A stretch of DNA of 64,000 nucleotides from Iphione sp. A-MEVVRFRX5 (Eukaryota). The stretch spans positions 55,862,001-55,926,000 of the forward strand of contig OZ320321.1 in assembly GCA_976226885.1 (NCBI GenBank). The letters are read 5' to 3'. The translations under genes and the position numbers were made by a program. Shown piece by piece: positions 39,601-53,900 of the stretch (within the stretch, counting starts at the first letter, position 1; the number at the start of each line of letters is the position of its first letter). Below the pieces are notes generated by a model, which saw only the letters and a list, made by a program, of their open reading frames with translations, had not been told where the DNA came from and ran no database searches.

Positions 39601-42600
39601 ACTGAAGCGACAAGCCGGAGACAGGAAGGCGGCACTCAGATCTTTATTACTGGATCACGGACTGACAGCTCTTACTGAGAAATGCAATTCTGAGCTGGCG
39701 CATCACAGGCTTGCACACACATGCACGGTCCCGCGCCAGAAGACAGAGCGGGCGGCGAAGGAGTGAGCGCTGCCACAGCATTTGCAGTCGGATGTAAATG
39801 GCCGGCCTTATGGCCCGCTGATTCTACCCAGACCACGCGGCGGCTCCAGGGGTGTGTGGGGACGAATGCAGCATGTCGGCCGAAGAGGCTTTGGCAGCTA
39901 ATGGTAAAGCCAACACCTCCTGAGTGGCTTCATGTGACAACTTGACCGCCACTACCGGATGCAGGGCGTATTGCATATTCCCGGGATGTAGTGCTGGGGA
40001 CGGGCGGGAAGCTGAGGATTAATGTATGGCACGACGGCGGAAGGGCAGCAGCAAGCAACGATCGCGCACCAGTCATCCCGTGGCATCCAATCAGATGAGA
40101 GATGCAGTGCGGCTGCACTTCTCCCCTCCACGGTCCATGTGCCTTCCAACCGCTCTCTTTCAGGGCGGATCCCAGTCACCCGTTACACATTCATGGCTGT
40201 CTGATGAGATCTTCCCCTAATTTCAGCCGAGTCGTTGGTATTACTATAGCCCAATAGCATCTCGCTTTACTGTTGAAAAGATTTTAATTCTTATTTCAGA
40301 TGTGTGTTCCCTTGATGAAACATGCTCGTAAAGGCACGGTCGTGAGAATGTGACACCACCGGACAAGGAGATTAAAGCACCCTCCTGTAACAAACGCTCA
40401 TTTTGTCCTCGCATGGAGTGACGGTATCGTTCTAAAACGGATGGCGGGGATCAGAGGCTTTACACGGGGGAAGTCAGTCACTTCATTACTCGACACTCGA
40501 GGGATTGTAGGCCTTTCTGCTGAGAGAATGCATCCCTTTGCTCCAGCCTAACCTTAATCTGAACTCGCTTTTCCAGGCGGACGTGATTTTATTGTGGCTT
40601 ACGTTACGTACGCCTCGTCCTTATGCAGCAATAGACCTGGGGGTTCCTTGCAGGTCGATAACGTATAGCCTACTTTGAGGTTAGATGATGCCACTTTCCT
40701 GTCCAAAACACAAGTTGTGCCTCTTTCAACTGCCAAGCAATTGAGGTCTCCCAAGATCAGTTACACCACTCTTCTCTCAGGAGTATCCTATTGAACAAAT
40801 CGCACTATTATGATACGTTACTATGGTACATGAGCTTCCAGAGACTTGCCCATGCTCGGCCCTATATCATATATAATAGCAAAAGTCCTCAAGCATCTCG
40901 GGGTTCACACACGAGACACGTCACAGTTTGCTCTATTCCCAGGAGGGTGTATTTAATCTGGTAATCCCACCCGCTGCACTATTCAGCACAAGGGCTCTCC
41001 CTGAATGGATGTATCAGATAAAAGGGAGACACAAACGTGTAAAACCCAATACTCCACCCCTTAATAAAAAAACGGAAAGAATACTCGGTTGCTAGAGATG
41101 TCCTTGTCGATTGGACCTACTAAGGCCATATAGTGTTGTCACTTTGCACTGGCTTCCTTTTACGTCCTGCTTCTAGTTGGAGGCTATAACAGGGCAGATC
41201 GTCTAACGAGAAGCAGTAAAACCGTTTGGCGTGCCACCTCAGATGTCAACCTTCAAACAGCGTCCTCCAGATAGTAATACATGGACGGACTAATACCATT
41301 CGGCGGCCCGAACGTCCAGACCGCGGGTGCGCTTTGATCCGAAAATTGAACAGGATGGTGCTCGTGAGGAGATGGTTATTGCCATGTGAAGCTAGGGGGA
41401 GCGGTAGTCGCCTGGTAATATCGGTCGGTATTGGTCTTGGGAAGGGAAGGACATGGGGACCTCGAAGTTGGGGGCCTCTTCACCCTCCTCCTCCTCCTCC
41501 TACTCCTCCTCCTCCCCCCCCCCAACCAAACCCCTGAGGGCGGTCAAAAATCACCTAGCAGCCTCAATTCGAAACAACCAGCCGGAAAAAATATGTCGAG
41601 TCCAATCTCTTTCTGTCCCTGGAGGTTGACCGCTTCAGCTATGGATGGCCCAGCGGGGGGACAGTGAGGTTACAGCAGGGACGACTCCGTCGCAGTTAGA
41701 GACTGGTGTTCATGGGCCGTCTCAGCATTGCGTCCTTCTGCCCGTGACATGACTATTGCCCCCGGGGTGGACAGCGTGTAAACGCATGATGTCCCAAAAC
41801 GTCAGCCTCCTCGCTCACGATGTCGAAGCAACAAGACGATTGTCGGGCGGAGGAGGTAGAGGACGCCAGGAAAGGGCTCTTTTTTTCCGAACATCTTGCT
41901 TAACAGTCGATGTGCCCTAAACGCTGCGAATGTCCTCATTGCCAATGCCTTCTTTAGCTCAAGTTCTGCTGCCATGGTGAACAAAGACAAAGGGGCTTTT
42001 GTTTCCTACTGGTAAATAAGATTTTCATCTGATGCACTGATGATATTGGCAATAGGAGAATGAGGGTTTGCAGATAAACACCGTGCGTGACCCAGCAAAG
42101 ATTGATTGCTCCCTCCCCCCCCCCCGATGTTCTTCTCCTGCTCCATGTACCCAGCTTCTAGTTTTCTGTGCGAGATTTCCACCTACCTTCCCCTCCTTGC
42201 TCCTGCCGAGCTCCCCTTCCACCTTGCAACTCTCGCATGAATAACAAGGGCATATTAATTTGCAGCGCCGCTATAGTCAATTTAGACGGGATGTAGGAGG
42301 CCATAATGTGTCTTACATCAACGCAGTGTCTTAACGGCCTAATGGCTAATCTCAGAGAAACGAGCCTAGTCTATCTCAATACATCATTTCATGCATGTAT
42401 ACTACAGGTTGTAGAAGAGAACCATTTACCGGGTAACTAGGAATAAATATTGTATTTGAAGCACCTATAATCTGAAGCAATACCGCTACGTGTGGTTTTT
42501 AGATGCGTCAGTTTGCAAAATTCGCATCCTGATCATGCGTACCTTATCAGAAATAAAGGGATTTATCACATCAACGCTTCTTGCACTGGGTAGAAGTGTT

Positions 42601-44279
42601 TATTATTTAAAGCACATCATCCGAAGTTTATATCATCCACCCAATGCGTATTCATATCTACGTAAGATAATGTCATATCTATTTGGAAGGACATTATTTC
42701 ACAGGAAATAGCATGTGGCATAATGTGGAGCTTCAGTTGCTGTGAATCGTATACGAGGAGAGCTACACATATTTAGACGGTGACTCATATACTAGTACGA
42801 CATCCCAAAGTGTGTTCTCGTGGGATGCCTAACGTATATTACGAGGATTTCTGATGTTATTGAATATAGATGCCTTCGAGTCTATTTCAATGCATTGGTG
42901 AAGCAGCATACAAGTTCTTTGCCATGTGAGATACACAGGCCATATATGGGCGTATCCAATCCGAGGCGTATAGCTGATCGATGGAATCTAGTTTCAGTTT
43001 GTGGTAGCAGTTGGTGCAGCTGTCCATAAAATATCTCCAGATGGAAATGAGAAAGTCTTCCGAATACGGTCAGCTGTTTCGTCATATTGCTATTTGCAAG
43101 TAATGTCCCTTTGGCAACGATTGTAGGTTTTTACAGGTCACTACATAAGCGCTACGACCTCCGAGCTTCTTAATTACTTTGATAAGTACATCATCATTTC
43201 TCTATTACTCGTATATACTCGAGATTTCTTATCGTCTTCCCCGGATTCTCATGGTTTTTGACGACATAATTATTTAAGGCAAGAGCTTTCCTAAACAGTT
43301 CCGAATTGGTGCCACCAGCCACCACACATTTAATGAATTCTCATCATTGCATCATTAGATTATCAGACTTGTCGCCTAAGCAGGTTTCGGAGGGCACATT
43401 TTACCGACAACTACAGGTATATAGTAGGAAAAACATTGGTCAAACCTTTCACTAAACCATTTATATTTTCCTGTGTGCACTTAGTTTGTCACTGCATGAA
43501 AGTAGAGGCCTAGAGGAACACATAGTGTAGTCGAATGGCTGACCAGACTAGAATTAAACTTCAAGATAAAAGCCAAATTTAAGCCAACTTACCGATCGGT
43601 GCGAGCTCATCCTTCCATAAAAAATCTAACTACACAAATTTTATTTCTCTAATATAGACGTATTGAAGCTCATACTGAATTCTAGTTCCTATTGCCGAAA
43701 CGGAAGCCGATAATGTAAGGGGAGATTTTAAACAGTGAAGAAAATGCGATCACTTTAAATTAGTTCTAAAATCTTTCCTCTATATCTGCCTTGTTCCTTT
43801 TTGCCTTATCAGTATCACGCGGAGTAGGCTGTCTCTTTTCTTCCAGTCTACAGACATTAAACAGAAGCTGTTAGTCCTTGGTTCACGAAGCGTCCGGTGA
43901 TATGTACAGCAGACTCTCTCAAAGAGGACAGCCTTGAGTTTCGAACAAAACCGTCCACTAAAGAGGTTTATCTCATGTATTGGTCGGTGCTGTCTTTTAT
44001 AGAAAAATTTGTGTTTTTAATTTTGAAAATCTTTCCTTTGTATTCTTTGAATAGACCTGTGTCTTGAGCGAGACATTCTTGTAATATATATATTTCATAA
44101 TATACCAATGATCTTTTCCTTCTCTATATGGGAACAAATCAATGAAATCAGCCACATTACGGAAAGCAAATATATCTTCTAGTCGCCTTTTGTGCGTAGA
44201 TACATGTTAGACATATAATTATCATAACTTACTCCACGGCGCCATTTAATAAAACATGGAGGTATAATACAACATGTCT

Positions 44280-45440
44280 AACACTTGCTTCCGACGTGAG
44301 GCAGGGGGCGCCCTCGGCAGGCCCACTCACCTTGACAATCATTTAAATCGATCCACGGGCTCAGGTAATAAGCCTCTTATGCTGCACCGGTGACGCTGTC
44401 TCCAACGGAAATTATAATCAAGCGGAAGACCTCCGCCCCCACCCCAAAGTGCAAATTGCACGGAGAAAGGGGCAGGGATTGCAGGCACGGTGGAGCTGGG
44501 GTGTGAGCTCGGAAGAGGTAGAGGAGAAGGAGCCCCACGTTGCCCAACGGTATACACGGACGGGGAAACATATTTATTCGTCTAACACTGCCCGAGATGC
44601 TTGTCGAGACAACAGAGGCTATAGTCTGCCGTGAAGGCGATGGAGCCAGGGCGGGGAGCATAACCCAAGACCTTCGTATAGTGGCCGAACGTATCTTAAC
44701 TCAGCGACGAAAACGGCACTGATATCAAGCACAACGCTCCTCCCAGATCCAAAATTCCGCCGCCATTTCCTAAATCAGTGTTGCCCCCGTTGTTGTGGAG
44801 GTGTTGTTCCGGCGCTGAATGGCTTGTTGATGCCCCCCAGTGCCTCCCGCGCGGTCGTCGATTTGTGAATTCAAGTCGCGCCGCTTGGTGGCCTTTTGAA
44901 TACATTAGTGGTCGAGGGATCGAGGCCTCCCGACATTGCATTATGAGCGTAAACAAAAGACAGCTATCGATCGCACCTCCAGGGGTCGGGAGGGGGGAGG
45001 GGGTGGGTGGGGGGCCACGTGTAGGGGAGGGTGTTTTGGGCGTTGGTGCCGAGATCTGTAGGTATAATTGGGGGGGGGGGAGGGTGAACTGGGCGAGAGT
45101 AACATATTCCAGAACAATGGTGGCCGTGATGGCCAGAAGCAGGTAATGCATGGTCATGTTGACACCGGCGGCTTCCCTCATACATGGCCACGCATTGAAT
45201 GGCGGATCACTCTGTTAAAAAAACACGACGACACTTAGCCCTACCATCCAACACGATCCCCCTTGCATACGGCGCCGCCGCCGCCGCCGCCGCGCGTCTG
45301 TCGCTTAAGGGGTGCTAGCTCTTCTCAAGGGACCGGAGTGTCTCCCTTTGGGCAAACAGACAACTGAGAAAAAAAGGGGAAAGGTGCCGAACAGTATAAA
45401 GGATTGTGAGGGGGTGAGGAAAGTGTCGCCGGGTGACGCG
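44280..45440. promoter_or_regulatory. GC/CpG-rich island with (GCC)n, G-runs and minus-strand splice signals
   Basis: Visibly GC-rich block with (GCC)6-7 at about 45272-45292 and G-run clusters at 44982-45014. It has a minus-strand donor AAG|GTGAGT at 44331/44330 and an acceptor (tttcccctttttttctcag) at 45364/45363. Confidence 0.4.
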
Positions 45441-47797
45441 TCGGACATTTTTAAAACCACACGGTTGTACTTCTAAATCAGACCTCTAAAAATGACGTTT
45501 CTTGAGGCGGGGGGAGGGCATGTAATAAGTGCATTTCCCATCGGAACCTCTTCCAGCTGAGGCATATTTACCTCCTCCCCCCACCCGTACCTTCCTTCCC
45601 AAACTTGAGGCGACAATGGCGGACCTAACTTTGAATCATTCTAGTATGGTGACCGAGCGAAGCGTTGTTTGCGTTCAGTTGAGAGGCGCCATAGAGGCGT
45701 ATTGATCGCCAGTGTTAGTGGTGGTGGTGCTATGTACAGGAGGCCTCCAGGAGGCCTCCGCTCTCTACTCCTGCATCCTTCAAGAGGTGCATCCTATCTG
45801 CCACACCCATCCACATACAACAGCTTCTGGCCCTCGCCGCCACTGATAACATCACAACCCATCTGCCACCTATATCAAACTCACCCCCGCAAGATCAGAC
45901 ACGCACAATGCTCTATCGCAGGGATTGGAATCGGGCGCATTATCGCAGCAAACTAATTTGTTAGAGCACTTCGAGAGATTAGATTAGCACATTAAAGTAG
46001 GTCATACTATTGCCTGCCGCCTGTGACGAGCAGCAGGCGAAATCTTGGTCGGTGCCGAGGAGACGCCTCCTATTCAGCCAAACACAAACCATGACTTGAT
46101 GTAAAATTGCGCGCCAATGGGAGGCACGCTGCAGCGCTGTGCATGCAAATCATGAAGTCTTACTCTCGCTGCCGTCAACAGTCTACACAATTACTCATAT
46201 TTAAAGACGCGGTACGTTAGCGTATTTTCCACTTAATTCATATGCGTTACATCACCATTGTGTATGCACTATAGTTATGGACATATGCTCAGCCGTTTTT
46301 CCTATGTCCCTAATCCCTTTCAGAGAGGCGTTTTTTTTTCTCTTTAAGTCGCATCGTAAGCGTCTTACTGCGAGTAAAAGATAATGAGTAGTCTTTCAAC
46401 AACACTGTCAGGCTCTTTCTACCCAATATATATGTATGCACCAATGTGTTTGATATAGAACACTATGGACGCCGAGGCAGTAATGGTGATAATGTGGCCA
46501 CAATGGCTCTGTTCCGTTCGGAAATAGAACCAATTAATAGGAGAAGTATTCACGCTAGACCAATTCATGTCATCATAATGCACACATGTATTCGATAAAT
46601 TCTATGTACACAGTTACAGCATGCAGGGCATACAAATACAATACGGAGAAAGCTCCATTATCATGCATTCAGTTTGGACTATTTTTGCATTCTAGCAAAA
46701 GGAGCGCTTGAAGCCAGCTGGCACTTAACAAATGCAAAACGATGTGGCCGGGTGGTTGGTACATGGTGCGGCCAGGAAAATGCCGCGGCCACTTTTCAGC
46801 CGAGCTGTTTGTTCATGTGCTGCTAATTCGATTGGACAAACAGGCTGGGAGGGCCACGGTGAGCCTGGGCCAATGGTCCACTTGCAGTGCGATAACGTTA
46901 CGCGCTGACCTAGTAAAGATTAGATGATAATTCAAGCCTGGGGCCAAGAGACACCAACGCGGTTACATTCTGCCCAAGGCGTCCCAATTGTTGTACCCTA
47001 TGCTGCGGCCCAATTGTTTTGAAGTCCGTATGCCACAGTTAATTGCCTCACTCGAGGATTTTGACTGCGCACGTCCATTTTAGAAGGATAACGAATGTGC
47101 ATATAATAATCGAAATACAGACGAAATTGTTGGAAATAGGTTCATGGTGATGCGAGTAGAATGTCCGCCCAGAGTAGCTCGGCTATGAGGCGAGTTCTTT
47201 TGTGTTCTGAATGACGTTGGTGCGGCTCCTTCCCTGTTTATCATATTCAGCGACTAATGTTAAAGGCTTCATGTCACAATGACAATGACAATGACTGACT
47301 ACTGTGGCGTTAGTGCGTCGAAAGAGCTACTCAGTACAGACCTCTTTCTACAGGGAGAGCATTTGAACCTGTTTTCATGCCGCGGAATCACTAAAAGAAG
47401 GCGCGCATGTGAAACGGACGTTATCCTGTAGATGTGTTTCGTCACATCCATTGCTCTACTATGGAAGCAGGTCAAATTTAGCCGCGACCGCATCGCCGCC
47501 CGTTGAACTCTCTCCCCAATGTCAAAAACTGTGCCATGTCAATTCTGCTCCCTCATGTTTGCCTCAGCTACCATATCACATCATGACCAGATCACACCAC
47601 GACAAGATTGCTGTCCCTCTTCTTGCCCCTGCAATTCCCGGAACGCCTCGGAAAATCAGCATCACCATAACGTTTTGTCCCCCCTGAAAAGCACTGGAAG
47701 CTGCTGAAATTTAGCCTTTCCCCCACCAAGTATAAAGACTACACTGAAAGTTCCCTAGATTCCTTCTTGTAACGCTATTTCTCTATCTGTATTTGTG

Positions 47798-47836
47798 TCC
47801 TCTCTCTCTTTTGTGCTCTCTCTCTCTCTCTCTTTA

Positions 47837-47887
<51 letters not shown>

Positions 47888-47895
47888 CCCTCTCT
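47798..47895 (+). repeat. Interrupted (CT)n microsatellite
   Basis: Long (TC)n runs with short interruptions, inside a ~150-bp pyrimidine tract. Confidence 0.9.
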
Positions 47896-50778
47896 TTGTA
47901 TCTTTTTCTCAGTGTCCTTCTTTATGTTTAGATTGCTAGTGTGATTTGGTGAAGGCGTGATTTAATGATGATGCTATTTGTTAATGGTACGATCTTAAGG
48001 TGGGATCGCCTGGTGAAATCTTTATTTTTTTGGGTTATAGTGTGATTTGAACTTGTGGCTGGCATCCTCCATACATTCTTTGTGCCTAAGCTTTGTAATG
48101 ATGCTTCGGTGTATTTATGCATGCAACCAGTGCCTGAACCCAATTGGGCACGAGAAACAGGGCTTTACGACCCAGAAAGTGCACTCTCGCATGCGTTTGA
48201 CTGCCATTATCCGTGCACTACTAATACATCAGGACAGGCTTTATGCATGCATAACCTTCGCATATTCGTTTCATGTCTGTCAAAGAATTTGGTATCACAA
48301 ATTACTACTACGGAAGGGCATAGAATAGATTTGAACGTTTCTTGCAAATATATGTACATGTAAATATAGAGGACACCATAAAATTGACACGGTGCCAACT
48401 GCTGTAACGAATAGGAATATTTACTCAACCAGTATGCAAACTGTACAACTGCAAATCAGAAAAGGGTTCATGAGGTTGCCTCCCTCATTCTTCTCTGTGC
48501 TATTTAAGGGAGGATTTCCATGCATGGGTGCCTCCATGTCCATGCATGCATGTTTGCGAATGTATATTTTGGGAACTATAACTAACAGGAGGAGTGTTTC
48601 CATGTATATGTGTCTGTGCATGTCCGTAACATGTATGCATGCTCTGTGTTTTAAAAATGAGAAATGTTCAATTTTCCACACTTCAAGGTGCGTGTTTGGT
48701 GCCTGTATTTTGGGAAAAATCATTATTACAGGTGTATAAGCTTAAAAACATGGTGAATTACACAACATGGTGTGTATACAGTGGTTAACAGATCAAGAGA
48801 AACACGCCCCAATATGCTCACACAGACACACATGCTGACATGCGTACATGGACACTCAGCCTAACAGACTAGCCTTAGTCAAATCCTAACACCCTATATA
48901 GCAGCTCTACCTCATATCAAAGGTTACTAGTGGTCAATTGATGAGCAAACTAGGTTATTTGCCGAAGACTAGCTGGCTTGTCTCTTTGGATACTCTTGGG
49001 GACTGGACGTTTCCATATGTAAGATATTTCTCTCTCCATGCATGTGCCGAAATTTGAAATAATTAATTGTTCACTGGAAACAACATGCTGTTAGTCATGA
49101 AATATAGATAGGCACAAACCCACGTAGAAGCAGCAAGAGAACATCTGCTGTCTTGGTCTGTGTTGAAAACCATGTTTATCATTTATGAGTATAACTATTA
49201 AAGCGTCCGAATACTTGTAATATTCAATAAACTAGGTCGACTTTAAAAATTGTGAGAGCAGAGTTTTCGAAGCTTATGTTCAGCAGCTTGTAATCTTACA
49301 AAACGAGTGACCAGGGTTATGATTGATGATACAGATTATAGTATAGTAAAATAAAATATCGGTATATTCCTTGAAGTAAGGTAATTATTTATTTGGATAT
49401 GTAGTTGAAAAATAATATGCTAACTGTAATACATGTAAATACATACAGCGAAACACATATGCCGAGAAGAGACAGACCTTCACAATCCAAACAGAAACTC
49501 AGAAATACTATTGTGACACCTCAGAGGGGGCAATATGCGAACATTAATGAATAAGGGGGCGATAATACGGCATGATTGCGATGTGCTGATGAAAGCCGCG
49601 AGTAAATGGTCTCCACTGTCATGGTGGCTAGCGCGAGTGAATAGATAATTACAAATGAGGAAGGCAACTACACTAGTTACAACAAAAGGAAGCCCATAGG
49701 AAATGCTCGGCCTCTGCGGGCAAATAGTTAACGTTTCGCTGAATGAATATATCTTCCTGTAATCATTGCGAAAACCGATTTTTTTTTGTCGAACCACTAG
49801 GAACAGTTACATGGAGTGTACCATATACACATGGCTATTGTTATGAAGGTAAACACGTTAGTAAATATTTAACTGCATCCCAATATGAAATGTCATTATC
49901 TCTTAATGACTGAATTCTTAGTGATTTTGAACTGTTCGATAAAATCTATTATTCGAAGATGAGACGTCACCTAAGGTAGAATGGTCGACGAATATTATTG
50001 ATCCCTGAGCATTCTGCCCTCTGTTTAAGCTTCTCTTTCTAATGCCGTTGCAGATGGACCCTTTTCCATTGTGTGCAACAGCTTCCGTGGGTGAACAGCG
50101 GTCAGTGGGTTGACCAGTCACATGGTCAGGGGTGGGCAAGAATTTAGTATGGAGTAGGTGACAGAAGGGGTAGAACACTGCCTTCAGCCACCTCGGCGTG
50201 TTTACATGGCTAACTGTGCGCCGGTGATGGAGCCGCGCAGGCACCAACCCCGGCCATGACTGACACCCAACAGGGCCAAGTAAGCATTGGGGGGGGGGGG
50301 GGGGGGGGCGCCAGAAGAGCGGGATTGGCGGGCGAGGGCGTTGGAGGTGGAGGCAGCAGGCAGTGCATTATCACCGCCACACTAAAGAGGTTCGACCCTC
50401 CACAGGCAGCGCAGGAGATCAATCTCCAATGGCTTATTTAGTGCCTACCATAGCGGGACACTCCGCCGGCAGAGATATTACAAAGCCGGGAGAGTCAGGG
50501 AGGGCACAAGGTAGGTCTCCAGAAGGTCGACGAGACAAGGCTCGGCCAGGGGTCCTCTCTACAGAGCCTGCGTACGGCTTCCTTCCAACCACAAGGGGCA
50601 CTACCTGAAGTATGGCTGTTTTGTGGCAACCCCCGCCACCCCCAGCCCCTCTTTCCAAGCGATCCTCCCCGAGCCCATGTGCTATTCATACTACCCGACG
50701 ACCTGTCGACAATAGATGAGGGCCCTTAAGGCCGACCCCATTGAGAGTTGTTCGGCAAAGTCGAGCCATAGTGTATCC

Positions 50779-50848
<70 letters not shown>

Positions 50849-50900
50849 GTGAGTGAGTGAGTGAGAGAGACAGAGATAGAGGGGGGGGGGGAGAGAGAGA
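50779..50900 (+). repeat. Compound microsatellite (GT)11(GA)22(GAGT)~5 followed by a G run
   Basis: Read directly from 50779-50900. Confidence 0.9.
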
Positions 50901-53900
50901 TTCACCTCTCTCCTCCTTATAGTATGTGAGGATCACAGACCCAAGCGCCACCTGACGGTCTTCCGGTGGCGCTCCTCGCAGATCTGGGAATAAGTCACAT
51001 CCTCACCTTCGCGGGGGGTATTGTCGTTGCGGTCGAGTTCAATGCTCGCCACCCTTATGACTCGAGTCGAGCTAGATGAACGTGGACCATCCTCAAAGTC
51101 AACATAGGAAAGGGCCGTGGATAATGGCAGAAAGACCTTCGTGTCTGGGTAGTCTAATAAGACGACCCAATCGGTAATTGGCAATCTTATTGCCACATTA
51201 TGTAAACACAGGCGCTCAGACATCCCCACAGACGTGTCAGGTGCCGTCGGACATACCCAAGCATCTCTCTTGAGTGTAGTAGAAACTATGCATCAGACGA
51301 TTATCAATTCTTATGATATAATCTATAATCAATATATTGCCTAATATACAACGTCTGCTGTCGGCTTCGAGATTGATCAAGGCGGCCGAAGTATTTACTT
51401 ATGTAAAGTTCACGAACTACTGAAACGCCCCTATTTATATCTTCATGTTAAAAAAAACTAAATTAGGTATTTTTTTCATAGTTATATGACCAATCAAGTA
51501 AGGTGTTCTCTTATCATAAGAAGATGGGTATAAGGACGAGAGTCCACTTTTTGAATCAATAGACACCCATCTATAATTCACAGAATACCTACGCTCTGTA
51601 GAAAGCATTCGATACCCGAGGGATTAGCATCGGTAGAAAACAATATTTACATAGTTTCATTTCATAAGAGGTGACTTTTGCATTCTTTGTTTCTTGTGTT
51701 TTTGCATGAACTGACATTACGGTGTGAGTTGTAGAAATTCACATAATTTTCATCGACTTCAAGGAGAAAAAAAGTGTTTTAGGCGCTCTAGACGCTATAA
51801 CCTGTTAGAGGCACATGCCGTTTTGGCTCGGCTTTCTGCTGAAATAGAGCAACGCATGATCTCAGAAATGGAGACGTCTCTGATCTGCTGCTAAATATAG
51901 ATTAGTGCTGCCGTGGCTGATATATCCACCGAACAAATATTGGTATCTTTCACGCCTGGCCATAAGCCTTTCAGCACACTAGAACTAGCGCGAAGACATA
52001 TTTACCATGTTTGAATCCAAGCGTATAATTTCCCTTGCATTCCTGGAGATGTGGATTCCAGATCAGTCCAGACAAAACCAGATCCACACACACTAATTTC
52101 TCATCGATTTTGTGTTACTCCAGCGCCAACAGAAACCATGGCCACTCGATATACGGCAACGGAAACAAAGACCCTTGCGACTTTATTTGCATGCTCGTCG
52201 AGTCTAACCTAGATTTAAAGCTTTGCCGAGATGGGGTTGATCCACTTCTCAGATTTTACCAGTTGATGGGCCTTGACGACTCACTTGCCATGGTTAAAGG
52301 ACTTCGATAAAAAGGAATCTTAGTAGGGGCCAAGCATATACATAAATGTCCTTGGACTTAATTACCGAATTGAACCTATTTCCCTGTTAGAACATTCTTG
52401 TTATGTATTAATGAGTAACGTGATGTCATTTATTGGCAGGGTCAATGATAGATGAAGACAGTGGAATCAAGAGACGTTTCTCCGCTAAAAAGCACTGTCT
52501 TGCTTGCATTAACCTCCAGCTGCACCCCCTACAGGTAACGATGACCTCTAAGGGTCAGGGCCATGGCATAACTTTCCCTCGAGATCAGTCTCCACGATCT
52601 TCTCCATCTTCATCGACACGATGGTGGGATCATGCCCGTCTGACCTCTCTCGGACAGTCAGCCGACGTTGACCGCAAATGGAGATCAAATCTCTGCCTTG
52701 TATCAGGACGTTATACAAAGACACAGCTCGGCTTTCAAAGAGGGAGAGACCGTGTTTTCCATTGCATTATCGTTGCAGAAGGGCCCCCGTGGTGGCTTCA
52801 AGAGCAAAGCTAGCCAGACCGTCTGTGTCGGACCAATATAACAATTAGGATTATACAACAGGCTGACAATAAATATTATGCAGCTGGTTCGACACACGGT
52901 TAGGTGGCTTGTATACAACCTTGCAAAACGAAACAGTTACCGCCGGTATAAATATTTCTGACGACATGCCTTCGAACCGGCGTTCCCTTTTGCAACGACG
53001 ACAGAAACAGGTAAAACTACATCCAAGGATGGCCTGGAAGTAAGCGAAGGTCAGGTAAACGGAGACAAATTGCGCTCATTGACATAATGGTTAACAAATA
53101 GTTGGCTGATCTCAGGGCAGTTTTTTCACTCTAGGGCAAATGAAATATATAAACTTCTGTATACTTTCTAATCTCGATGTAAATTTAATACTGACAGTGC
53201 TCCCTAAAAACGCCCTTGGATTTATGCCGCAGAAATTGTATGGAGACGAAGCATTGTCTGTAATGGCTTCAGGAGGTGGGCCACATGGTGTGCTGCAACG
53301 GCTAGATCTTCCAGGAACAAAAAGGAGCTATGCGTGATGTACAGAGTAATTGGACCTGTGCACGCATCTTCCAGCAGGCTCTCATTTGTTCCGGTCTAGC
53401 TGCAGATACAACACGCCCTTCACTCTTTGTGGCATGTTCTGGTGCGTACAGCTAATTGTCATGTTTTACGCAGAAGCTTTCTGTTGAAAAAACGGAAGTA
53501 CTCGTAGTGATAAAAGTCGAGACCGACTACTAAAATTATTGCTGATTGGAGTCGAAACGAAATAAATGCCACAAACTATGTCAGAAGTTACCCTCTCTCA
53601 CTTTGTGAGGAGAGCCTACCCAGAGTTATTTTGTGTTACAGCATTCTTGGGTAACCTTCTGTGGCAGTTGGCTAACATTTCGGACATGATCAGCTCGTAA
53701 ATATATCGGTAGGATTTCTAAAGGGTACAGATAACGTTAAAAACTGTTTGCACAACAACGGAGCCAATGCATATTATTGGTTTTCGCTTCGCTTATAATA
53801 CAACCGGATTAAAACCGATTATATTCTCACGCCGCTGTAGCTGAATATAACGAACTCAGGGTAGCGTAAATTCGGCTTTTAGAGCGAACCACCACTGAAA

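Noticed and set aside
52035-52310. ORF segment SWRCGFQISPDKT, reminiscent of a LINE RT motif downstream of YADD
   Set aside because: An in-frame stop lies immediately upstream, and I found no YADD-like motif in the upstream frames checked.
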